Below are positions 56,211 to 64,000 of a DNA stretch of 64,000 bases, piece after piece (the stretch's first letter is position 1; each line of letters starts with the position of its first letter). The translations under genes were made by a program, and so were the position numbers. The stretch lies in the IMG/VR virus record IMGVR_UViG_3300042923_000474, positions 124,001-188,000 of that record. The stretch is one strand, 5' to 3'. The notes under the pieces are model-generated. The model saw nothing but the letters and a program-made list of their open reading frames with translations, was not told where the DNA came from and made no database searches.

Positions 56211-57690
56211 AGGCAAGCACCCCTATGAACTCAACCCAGTTGACTTCGTTAACAACCCAACTCACCGCGCACACATTCTCGAAGGTCTGGAAGGTTTCCT
56301 GAAACTGGATTACACCCTAGACCACAGCCCGGTGGCTGAAGGCCCAGCCGAAGCAGCCCGTAAATGGATTCGTCAGGTTATTGACTGGGCCCAGTGCAAT
56401 AAGGGCTACGCCGAGCAGATCGAAGAGGTCAAGTCTGGTGGTATGACCCGGCAACAAGCCGAGGATATGGTTGATGACATTCGCAAGGACGTTATCGGCT
56501 TCCACAAAGACGTGGATCGCTCACTGGAACTGATCAAGGAAATGCAAGCGCGTCCTGATGCCGACCCTGCGCTGGACTACATTGGTAAGGCTCTACGTCG
56601 TGCCAAATCGGGTGGTGGCATTGACGTGTTCGCTCTGTCGGCTAAGGCTGTCCGTCATAAAGACGTTGAGCAGATCATGCCGGTCAGCCTGCAACAGATT
56701 GCCCATCGCCTCCGCAGTCGGTCAGGACCTGTGGTCAGTCAGCTGGAAGTGATTGAAGCCATCGAAGCATTGCCAGAAAGCCTGCGTAAGCATCGCGATC
56801 TGGTGGGCCGTGGTCTGACCGAACCTAAGGTCACCTACGATCCAGTGGTCACCGAAGTCAAGCAGTACATCGAGAACGTTCAGGCGGCTCGTGGCTATCT
56901 CAGTCAAGCCGACATGCCTGACCAACTGGAAGAGGTGGAAGACTATCTGGTCGCCCACCTGCGTTGGCTGATGGCACCTCGCCATAACCTGAACCCGGTG
57001 ATGGAACTCAAACACATCGCCGAGATCATGCGCGATTGGATCGCTGCCGAAAGTTTGGCCTCGCATGTGAAGTTTGACATGTCGAACATGGTCGAGTCTC
57101 TGGAGAAGCTGGCTGCACAACACGCTGCTGCTCCGGTGGAAGTGAAGCTTGACGGTAGCGGTACTCGTACCGTATCGCGCCTTGAGCACACGCTGGAAGT
57201 CCTCTCTGGCGCCGCTGATGCTCACCCCCTGGACATCGACCAACAGAAGCTGCGTGAAGTTGAATTGTGGCTCAAGGCCATCGTCCTGAACAACCCAGGT
57301 TTCAAGAACCTCGGGCAAGAAGGCTACATCCTCGTACCGGCTGGCAACAACGTACCGGGCCGTGTGGTTGATGCGGTGAATGATTACCTCATCATGTACG
57401 GTCAGGGTACTCACAAGGCTGAAGACCTGCGTGGTCAGGCTGCTCGTTCTGGTTCTGCGGCCATCTGCAACATGCCTGAATGGTTCGCTCAGACCTACGG
57501 CCATGTCAGCAAGGGCGGCTTTGCCTCGCTGATGTACCACACCATGTTGGCGGTGGCTGCGCAGGACGAACCCAAGGGTGTCTACCTGAAAGGGGCGAAG
57601 GTCGAAGAGTTGGAAGCTGCCCTGAAGGCTGGGGTCAAAACGGCGTGGACCGACTTTGTCGAGTCTGCTGAGAAGGTGGATGCACGATGA
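56200..57690 (+). CDS. Hypothetical helical protein
   Basis: 496 aa, coupled to tmk and DHFR. Confidence 0.75.
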   Translation: MSHKGKHPYELNPVDFVNNPTHRAHILEGLEGFLKLDYTLDHSPVAEGPAEAARKWIRQVIDWAQCNKGYAEQIEEVKSGGMTRQQAEDMVDDIRKDVIGFHKDVDRSLELIKEMQARPDADPALDYIGKALRRAKSGGGIDVFALSAKAVRHKDVEQIMPVSLQQIAHRLRSRSGPVVSQLEVIEAIEALPESLRKHRDLVGRGLTEPKVTYDPVVTEVKQYIENVQAARGYLSQADMPDQLEEVEDYLVAHLRWLMAPRHNLNPVMELKHIAEIMRDWIAAESLASHVKFDMSNMVESLEKLAAQHAAAPVEVKLDGSGTRTVSRLEHTLEVLSGAADAHPLDIDQQKLREVELWLKAIVLNNPGFKNLGQEGYILVPAGNNVPGRVVDAVNDYLIMYGQGTHKAEDLRGQAARSGSAAICNMPEWFAQTYGHVSKGGFASLMYHTMLAVAAQDEPKGVYLKGAKVEELEAALKAGVKTAWTDFVESAEKVDAR

Positions 57691-58391
57691 GTAAGCGCAA
57701 GATTGCCTGTATCCTGGCAACCAACCTCGTCAGCACAATTGGCGATAAAGGTAAGTTGCCCTGGCACCTACCCGATGATTTGGCTCGCTTTAAGCGAATC
57801 ACTTCGGGCAACACCATCGTTATCGGTCGTCGTACTCATGAGAGCTTGCAAGAGTTTCGTGATACGGCTATCCGTGCCCATGACCGCAAGGTTAAGGAAA
57901 CGTGGGAGTGGTTTGACAGTGAGAAGGCGACTCTGGAAACACAGGGTCACTCAGAAGCCAAACTGAAACGCCTGATCAGTAAGAAGGCGTATCAACGCGA
58001 CCTGTCTCTGTCGTTGATCCATCCGGTCTACCCCACCCACAGTTTGCCTAACCGCAAAACCATCGTGGTGTCCAAGACCATGGCGGAAGTCACCGATAAC
58101 CCGAACATCGTTGTCGTGCGGTCGGTAGACGAGGCGATTGTGGTGTGGCGCGCTCGTGGTCAGGGTACGTTGTATTGTGCCGGTGGGGCTGAGCTTTACA
58201 AAGAGTTCTGGCCCCACATGGAGCTGCTGCACCTTACGCTGCTCAACAACAGCACTGAAGGTGACACCAAGTACCCGTTTGAACTCGCAGGTGGCGAATG
58301 GCGGATGCTCGCTCGTCAGATCATGCGCAAGGATGACGGGTCAGGCGAAGTGAGTCACACCTTCTTCACCATGGACCGAAAGGGCGCTTAA
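57687..58391 (+). CDS. folA: Dihydrofolate reductase with a large insertion
   Basis: IG..GKLPWHLPDDLARFK, IGRRTHES, LPNRKTIVVS, AGGAELY, GDTKYP. Confidence 0.9.
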   Translation: MSKRKIACILATNLVSTIGDKGKLPWHLPDDLARFKRITSGNTIVIGRRTHESLQEFRDTAIRAHDRKVKETWEWFDSEKATLETQGHSEAKLKRLISKKAYQRDLSLSLIHPVYPTHSLPNRKTIVVSKTMAEVTDNPNIVVVRSVDEAIVVWRARGQGTLYCAGGAELYKEFWPHMELLHLTLLNNSTEGDTKYPFELAGGEWRMLARQIMRKDDGSGEVSHTFFTMDRKGA

Positions 58392-58393
58392 CA

Positions 58394-58768
58394 ATGAAGC
58401 TTTGGACAATCCAGCTCGGCCAGTGGCGTCTAGCACAAAAGAAAAACATTACAATGGTTAACACCACGGTGATGTCTGGAATGTCCTGGCTTGCTCCTAG
58501 TTGGGACATGGTTAAAGGTCACAAGCTGAAAATCTACACAGATGCTCAGTACACTGCCAAGTTCATCCCCATGATGGTCTTGTCGGAATGTGACCACCGC
58601 GACAAATGGCTAGAACTTGCCAACATGGAAGAGGTAGCCATTGCTTGTTATTGTAAGGCTGGGGCATTTTGTCACCGCATGTTGCTGGTTGAGATACTGC
58701 GGGTATTCTGCGAACGAGAGGGGATTGAGTTTACTTACATGGGTGAACTCAGGAAGGAGGCAGCATGA
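58394..58768 (+). CDS. DUF488-like protein
   Basis: LAPSW...Y..KF...ACYC...FCHR. Confidence 0.7.
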   Translation: MKLWTIQLGQWRLAQKKNITMVNTTVMSGMSWLAPSWDMVKGHKLKIYTDAQYTAKFIPMMVLSECDHRDKWLELANMEEVAIACYCKAGAFCHRMLLVEILRVFCEREGIEFTYMGELRKEAA

Positions 58769-59319
58769 GCAATCACTACGCTTATCAAACGCACGGGATG
58801 TACAAGAATCTCGTGGCAGACATTGTTCATTCACTTCGCAAGAGTGATTGGCCAAATGAAAAGGAAGTGCTGGAGAGCCTGCCAGCCATTCCGGCTGGAC
58901 GTGGCGACATGTCCATTCATTTCTGTGTAACCAAGCAGGGCAGCATTGTCCTTATTGCCATGGAGGGTACTACTGAACTGGCTCACTGGCATTTGGACGC
59001 CTCTGATACTGGTGTTGTGGTGGATGAAGCCTCCATCATGAGCATCGGTCGGCTGCAGAACACCCTTGAGCAATTCTGGGACGCGTACATTAACAAGTGT
59101 ACCCGCATCGACATGAACCACCATCGGCGTGGGTTGACGCCCCAGACTATGAGAAGTCGGCATTACTTCGCTGATCAGGCACTGCGCTCGTGGTTGGAAC
59201 ACAAGTGCGTTGACATTACCGTTCGGCCAGGTGAGGTACGCATCGGTAACGATGTCTATCACACCAACCGTTCGTGGCGTCGTAGCGTACGTGACATGGT
59301 AGGTCTCAGTGAAAAATGA
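58765..59319 (+). CDS. Hypothetical protein
   Basis: AAGGAGG RBS, ATGA overlap. Confidence 0.7.
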   Translation: MSNHYAYQTHGMYKNLVADIVHSLRKSDWPNEKEVLESLPAIPAGRGDMSIHFCVTKQGSIVLIAMEGTTELAHWHLDASDTGVVVDEASIMSIGRLQNTLEQFWDAYINKCTRIDMNHHRRGLTPQTMRSRHYFADQALRSWLEHKCVDITVRPGEVRIGNDVYHTNRSWRRSVRDMVGLSEK

Positions 59320-59741
59320 AGACCCCCATCAACTCTGTACTGGAAGAGTTTGTTAATGACGTAGGGCTAGCCCTGGGCATGGACTGGCGCTACCAATACC
59401 AACCTTACTACGACGACCCTGGAGCGGGTCTGGAGATTGAGATCTCGGTCTACGGAATCTTTATCTCTTATCCAAATTGTCACAACAGTGAGCGGACCAC
59501 TGTGACTTACGGTATCAGTGACAAGCAGTACCCGGTAGATTGGGAAACCCTTAGGGCAGGGTTGATCTTCTTCTATCGGTTGATTGGGCAGCACGTGTTA
59601 CCAGACTGCGTCACCCTTAAGCCGTGTGGGTTGACCAAGTTTGCGGTGGGCATGACCAAGGCAGTGATGCAAGGCATGCGCGATAGTCGAGTGGTGTTGA
59701 TGTCATTCAAGGATGGGCGTAACGACGTGGCATTCAAGTAA
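59316..59741 (+). CDS. Hypothetical protein
   Basis: ATGA overlap; ends at the bidirectional element 59742-59782. Confidence 0.7.
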   Translation: MKTPINSVLEEFVNDVGLALGMDWRYQYQPYYDDPGAGLEIEISVYGIFISYPNCHNSERTTVTYGISDKQYPVDWETLRAGLIFFYRLIGQHVLPDCVTLKPCGLTKFAVGMTKAVMQGMRDSRVVLMSFKDGRNDVAFK

Positions 59742-59775
59742 GGGCATAATCCCCCACCCGAAGGTGGGGGAGCAC

Positions 59776-60288
59776 TTATGCCGTCTGTGGGTAGTTCAAG
59801 CCACCCAGACTTGTGACGCGTATTACTTCAGACAGTGGGATCAGTTGGGGTTTGATCACTTCTGCCAGAATCTGACCTTTGTAGAAGAGTGAGTCGGGAC
59901 TTGCTTGGAGCATAACCATTGCTTCACCGTCGGTCCACTCAATGGGGCCATCGAGCAGGTCGTCGGTTTCCACGTTGAACCCGTACTTAAGTTGCAGTAA
60001 GGGAATCAGTTGGTGGATGGTTTGAGCGTAGGCTTCTAGTTCCAACGTATCCAGATTGATCTGTGAGAACAACCATTCCAGATCCAACTTATCAAAGGTT
60101 GAGACAACACTACCCGTCCAACGCTTTTGATCTAGCGATGTAATGGTAACGGCGGTATCACCCACCATGTCTGGGTTGTCGTTGATCCTGGGATCGCCTA
60201 CATACAGCAGGTCGTAGGGAATCTCATAGTCACTCGCTACAAAGATCAAGTCGAGCAGAATTTCCTTTTGGGGCCTTAATGTCGACAT
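59776..60288 (-). CDS. Isolated virion fibre-family paralogue
   Basis: [31 protein letters not shown] (close to the 54881 ORF); GAGGA RBS before ATG 60288. Confidence 0.72.
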   Translation of the reverse strand: MSTLRPQKEILLDLIFVASDYEIPYDLLYVGDPRINDNPDMVGDTAVTITSLDQKRWTGSVVSTFDKLDLEWLFSQINLDTLELEAYAQTIHQLIPLLQLKYGFNVETDDLLDGPIEWTDGEAMVMLQASPDSLFYKGQILAEVIKPQLIPLSEVIRVTSLGGLNYPQTA

Positions 60289-60374
60289 GCGTGTATCCTC
60301 TGTGTGCGCATACCATTCTTCAACTCCCACACCCTAGGGACAATCTATCAGACCACTCAATCTCTGGAGCCACT

Positions 60375-61010
60375 ATGTCTTTCCTTTCCGATATCTCGAT
60401 CCGCGAACGTTGTGTTGCCCAGTTTCTAGGTAACCGACTTGCCAGCCCGATGATCGAACCTTTCTTCGAAGAATCGGTGAGGACCGAAGTTCGCAAGATG
60501 GGCAAATGTGATGTTAACGTTGACGTCTTCTCGTACGGTCTTTCCAGCTACGGTTATGACGTGCGGCTGGCCGATAGTCTGGAGATCTTCACCAACATCA
60601 ACAACGTGAGCGGTGACGCCAAGCGTCCAGCCAGCGGGAATAAGGTCAAGGCCGAGATCCTGACAGACAACTACGGTGGTCGCTTCGCATGGCTGCCCGC
60701 CGGTGGCTTCATGTTGGGTCATACCGTGGAATACTTCCGCATCCCTCGCAACGTCATCGTGATCTGTCTGGGCAAGTCCAGCTATGCTCGCGAAGGTATC
60801 ATCGTCAACGTGACCCCGCTGGAACCGGAATGGGAAGGTCAGGTAGTTATCGAGATCTCCAACACTTCCGGTGTACCGCAGAAGATCTACGTGGACGAAG
60901 GCATCAGTCAGTTCCTGTTCGGCATGGGTGACATGAACTGCGCCGTCTCCTACAAGGACCGTGGTGGCAAATACCAAGGTCAGACTGGTATCACTCACGG
61001 CAAGGTCTAA
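60375..61010 (+). CDS. dcd: dCTP deaminase
   Basis: [45 protein letters not shown]. Confidence 0.93.
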   Translation: MSFLSDISIRERCVAQFLGNRLASPMIEPFFEESVRTEVRKMGKCDVNVDVFSYGLSSYGYDVRLADSLEIFTNINNVSGDAKRPASGNKVKAEILTDNYGGRFAWLPAGGFMLGHTVEYFRIPRNVIVICLGKSSYAREGIIVNVTPLEPEWEGQVVIEISNTSGVPQKIYVDEGISQFLFGMGDMNCAVSYKDRGGKYQGQTGITHGKV

Positions 61011-61012
61011 TC

Positions 61013-61261
61013 ATGCCTACAATGAAACTGAAGGACCACGTAGCACGGTACATCATCCTGAGTCCGATCAACGGTGAAGAGATCCGGTTTATTCTGGGCG
61101 TTAATGCACCAGAAGACCTGGGTCAGCAGGCAATGAAATGGTACGTGGACAACCCAGAGAGCACTGTCCATGATTTGGCCTTGTGGATGCAGGGTAAGAA
61201 CTGGGGCGTGGTAGCAGATTACGAGGCGGTCTCACTGAGCCGCCCAAGGAAGAAAGCATGA
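61013..61261 (+). CDS. Hypothetical protein
   Basis: Tight packing, 82 aa. Confidence 0.65.
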   Translation: MPTMKLKDHVARYIILSPINGEEIRFILGVNAPEDLGQQAMKWYVDNPESTVHDLALWMQGKNWGVVADYEAVSLSRPRKKA

Positions 61262-61764
61262 GACAAGACGATCCATGGTTGGTATCTCGTTACTCACCGA
61301 TCACGATTGACGGCACCATCTACTTCACCATCGCGGTGGGGTTGCCGGCGGGAACACTGCGTGAACGTAAGTCGCCTCGACTGGTTACTTACGTCGATCC
61401 CAAGACCGGGTGCGAATACACCCGTGAGGCCGACGACATGTTGCAGCGCTGCTGCTTTGCGACCCTCGATCAGGTTCAGGATACACTGGACTATCTCAAG
61501 CCCCACCATTACCGGGCCGTCCAGATCATGGCAGGGCATAAAGACGCCATCCCCGTCACCATGGTTATCAAGTCTTTCCCAGAAGCACGTGGGCAGGCAC
61601 TGAATATTCGGGACCGTGAGCTGATCCGTAAGTACAGCGCGGAACTTGATCCTCATGATCCTGCAAATTCTATTGTAGTGGCGGCGCGCTTGGTGGAAGA
61701 ACACCAGGCCACTCGGTTTATTCGTCTCTCCCGTATTTTGGGCGGGACTATCTGGAGCGTTTGA
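61258..61764 (+). CDS. Hypothetical protein
   Basis: ATGA overlap, AAGGA RBS. Confidence 0.65.
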   Translation: MRQDDPWLVSRYSPITIDGTIYFTIAVGLPAGTLRERKSPRLVTYVDPKTGCEYTREADDMLQRCCFATLDQVQDTLDYLKPHHYRAVQIMAGHKDAIPVTMVIKSFPEARGQALNIRDRELIRKYSAELDPHDPANSIVVAARLVEEHQATRFIRLSRILGGTIWSV

Positions 61765-61765
61765 A

Positions 61766-62023
61766 ATGGTAATGCGTGTTTGGCCAGCCAAGGTCAAGAT
61801 TGAAGTGACCCGCCTTCTGGATCAGGATGTTAAGGTTCCAGGTGATGCTATTATCCATCAGGAACAACTCATCGTCCGTGTAGAGGGCCTGTGTGCAGAT
61901 GCCGTGCTGCGCAAGATCAAGGACCACTACAAGGCCATCGACAAGAACTGCGACGTCAAGATTCTGAGCGGTGTCGACTGGTATCCTGCCGACATGATTG
62001 GCAAGGTTGAATTAAGTTTCTAA
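61766..62023 (+). CDS. Hypothetical protein
   Basis: GGAG RBS, 85 aa. Confidence 0.65.
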   Translation: MVMRVWPAKVKIEVTRLLDQDVKVPGDAIIHQEQLIVRVEGLCADAVLRKIKDHYKAIDKNCDVKILSGVDWYPADMIGKVELSF

Positions 62024-62027
62024 AGGG

Positions 62028-62934
62028 TCTGCTAGATGTATTAGCAGAAAGTATAAGGATCGCATGATGCGACGGATTCTCTTAGGGGGGTCGGGGTTGG
62101 GACTTGCTTTGGCTTTGGCTGCACTGGCACATGCCGTGGAGCCGGTTTGCGAAGGAGTGGAGTTGCCGTCTTTAGAGACGGACGACGTCGCTGGCCTACG
62201 CGTTGCCGCTAGCTCTCCCAACTCTCGATTCCCCGCCTATTCGGCTGTACCTACGAGCAGAGAACTAGGTGCCGCCCCTCTGAACCGCACGAGTCGGGAT
62301 CGTGTATGGACAGCTGGGGTCGCGCAGAGTCCGATGAAGACCTTTTGAACCTAGGGTGCCATGCCGACTTAGCCCACTATCAAATTCGGCACATAAGGAA
62401 AACAAGGAGCATCACACGAACTACTTGATCCGCTGGGCACTAATCCTGCTCGGGTCAGTAGTCGCAGTACCAACTATTCTTACGCGGAATGCTACCGTTC
62501 TCTTGCCATGGACCGTGGAGGTCCCGCAGGTTGAAACGCGTTCTTCGTTTGCACAGTTGGTATGGAAAAGTGTGTTGGCTGGGATCGGCAAACTGCCTAC
62601 CCAAACCCACAGCACTTTCGCGACTGCCTGACAAACTCACAGGCCGCTTAGCCAAAGTAGAGGTTTAAATGGACCTCATTAGGGATGGCTCTCAGCCTAC
62701 CTGTATATCTGCACAGAATCCTGCTCGCGAGGACAAGGCATCCTGAGTTCCCACGGACCCAGACCCTGTACCTTACCCAGGCCTAGGCAGTGACCGCTCG
62801 ACGATACCCCTATTCCATACGCTTCCCTGATCTCTCTAGCACCAGCTGATGCGCTCAGCCGGTTTCACTGACGAGACTTGAGTGGCTATGAGTCTAGTGG
62901 GTATTCGTTGGGTATTCATTTTCCATTTATGCCC
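62028..62934. ncRNA. Candidate large (~0.9 kb) structured non-coding RNA
   Basis: Longest gene-poor stretch in the window, dense in local and long-range helices (see findings). Confidence 0.5.
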
Positions 62935-62953
62935 TTGGGTCCTTTTAAAGAGA

Positions 62954-62978
62954 TTTGAGACCTAGATCATGAACTTGA
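62954..62978 (+). promoter_or_regulatory. Putative phage early promoter (copy 4)
   Basis: TTTGAGACCTAGATCATGAACTTGA; shares AGACCTAGAT with copy 1. Confidence 0.65.
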
Positions 62979-63035
62979 ATAGCTAACAGTAATGTTCGGC
63001 TTTTCCCTAATGTCCCAATACAAGGAACCTGTTTC

Positions 63036-63518
63036 ATGCGTCAGATCGACGAGCAAAACAATGAAGTCGCCATCGAGCGCATCCGGGCCACCTTTGATGC
63101 ATTGGTGGATGGTTTGGGTATTGACGTACCTGGCCTGCTCAGTGGTGAGAAGACCTACCTCGTCTTTCCCGAAGACTTGGTCAAGCCGAGTATCGTGCGC
63201 CCTGCTGAAGGCGACATGGTCTATGGCCTGAACAACAACGACGTGGAAACCATCGGGGTTTTCAATGTCATGGGTTGGGCACTGTTCTCCCGTGATGGTA
63301 GCTTTGAGCTGCCTGATGGTGCAGAAGAAGTTGACCCACTGGATATCTATCCGGTACACGAGCACTACGATTACTGGTACGAGCTGATTGGCAGCTATAT
63401 CCGTACCACCGACATGCCAGACAAAATCGAAGACCCTTACGACGACGAGATCAATGTCGAAGAAGGTTTCGGCGCTGCTGACGTTGACGGTGAACCAGTC
63501 GACCCGGAAGACGCATAA
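63036..63518 (+). CDS. Highly acidic hypothetical protein
   Basis: AAGGA RBS; D/E-rich, 160 aa; first gene after the putative early promoter. Confidence 0.75.
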   Translation: MRQIDEQNNEVAIERIRATFDALVDGLGIDVPGLLSGEKTYLVFPEDLVKPSIVRPAEGDMVYGLNNNDVETIGVFNVMGWALFSRDGSFELPDGAEEVDPLDIYPVHEHYDYWYELIGSYIRTTDMPDKIEDPYDDEINVEEGFGAADVDGEPVDPEDA

Positions 63519-63577
63519 GTCTAGCCGCTTCGATTTATCCTTTTGATGTTTTACCCATTTACTGGGGGAGAGTAACT

Positions 63578-64000
63578 ATGTCCGCTTTTCGTTTGAGTGA
63601 CCGTCGCCTGTTTATCCCAGGTGTTGGAATCATTCCGTATATCCGCTACTTGCGTCTGACCAAAGCTGGTCACCGTCAGTACCTGCTTGTGAAAGGAAAG
63701 CATGTTACACACAGTTTCGGCATCTATGGTGACAATGGGCGTGAGCCTTTGTTGCTCGCCTTGGAAGCCTTGGAAAAGGAGTATGGAGTAATCCGCACAG
63801 GTAGTGTACTGCGGAAGCGGGAACGCAAAGACAAAAAGAATCCAACAGGGATGGTGGGTGTCTTCCGTAAGGAAGGCTATCTGTCACAGCCGTATCAGGT
63901 GACCTGCCCTTACGAGACCAATGAAGCAGTAGGCAGTTTGTCGAAAGCTTACATGGTACGAGAAGCAGCAGTAGCCGAGTATGAACGCAAGAACATACTC
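63578..64000 (+). CDS. Basic protein with an AP2-like DNA-binding signature; truncated by the window end and absent from the ORF track
   Basis: GGGGAG RBS; manual translation MSAFRLSDRRLFIPGVG...RKRERKDKKNPTGMVGVFRK...AYMVREAAVAEYE, open to 64000. Confidence 0.65.
   Translation, partial: MSAFRLSDRRLFIPGVGIIPYIRYLRLTKAGHRQYLLVKGKHVTHSFGIYGDNGREPLLLALEALEKEYGVIRTGSVLRKRERKDKKNPTGMVGVFRKEGYLSQPYQVTCPYETNEAVGSLSKAYMVREAAVAEYERKNIL

Noticed and set aside
55542-61010. Possible uracil-DNA or modified-base pathway suggested by dCTP deaminase
   Set aside because: Dcd together with Tmk and DHFR fits ordinary dTTP supply; no base-modifying enzymes were recognised here.
62238-62316. Minus-strand AGCTGT...GCGGTTCAGAGGGG resembling group II intron domain V/VI
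   Set aside because: The upper stem and bulge geometry are non-canonical, there is no GUGYG 5' end, and no interrupted gene or RT is present. Kept only as part of the generic structured-RNA candidate.
62064-62348. ORF with a signal-peptide-like start (AHA/VE) and AAGGA upstream
   Set aside because: Not listed as a CDS: the remainder is low-information and overlaps many helices. It cannot be fully excluded without Ribo-seq or homologues.
62587-62631. GKLPTQTHSTFATA* resembling a tmRNA tag
   Set aside because: No tRNA-like acceptor/T-arm domain or CCA end could be identified.
62868-62900. CTGACGAG plus stem resembling a hammerhead ribozyme core
   Set aside because: The required GAAA after stem II is missing.
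1-64000. CRISPR arrays, integrase/transposase, RT/DGR, inteins or introns in RNAP and terminase
   Set aside because: None seen. The SD-hairpin repeats are separated by whole genes rather than spacers. RNAP and TerL frames are continuous and of expected size. No nucleotide-level TR/VR pair was noticed among the fibre paralogues.

Overview
This window comes from a phiKZ-related (Chimalliviridae-type, nucleus-forming) jumbo myophage. GC looks to be in the mid-50s % by eye, so it is not phiKZ itself. Homology calls rest on recognised motifs, protein sizes and synteny with phiKZ/SPN3US; no searches were run. Layout: (1) 1-13.2 kb: 5' part of a giant tape-measure/tail-lysin gene (minus strand, runs off the window and is missing from the ORF track), divergent from the virion RNA polymerase beta'/beta genes, head proteins and prohead protease. 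(2) 13.2-22.2 kb: accessory island of small ORFs with an HslV/proteasome-like pair. (3) 22.3-35.7 kb: tail tube, tail sheath, three virion genes, large terminase and two head proteins. (4) 35.8-43 kb: second accessory island ending in a DarG-like macrodomain. (5) 43-55.5 kb: large paralogous array of virion fibre/decoration proteins with three lectin-like genes. (6) 55.5-62 kb: dTTP-supply genes (Tmk, DHFR, Dcd). (7) 62-64 kb: a ~0.9 kb helix-rich, probably non-coding segment, then further early genes. The strongest unexplained signals are: about 13 tiny, tightly coupled ORFs sharing an N-terminal N-x-Q...DG motif; a covarying SD-occluding hairpin in front of six genes; two candidate structured RNAs; a protein that reads like a patchwork of essential-enzyme motifs; a possible repeat-based docking code between fibre adaptors and lectin genes; and a CATAA-hairpin-TTATGC terminator-like element found throughout the window.
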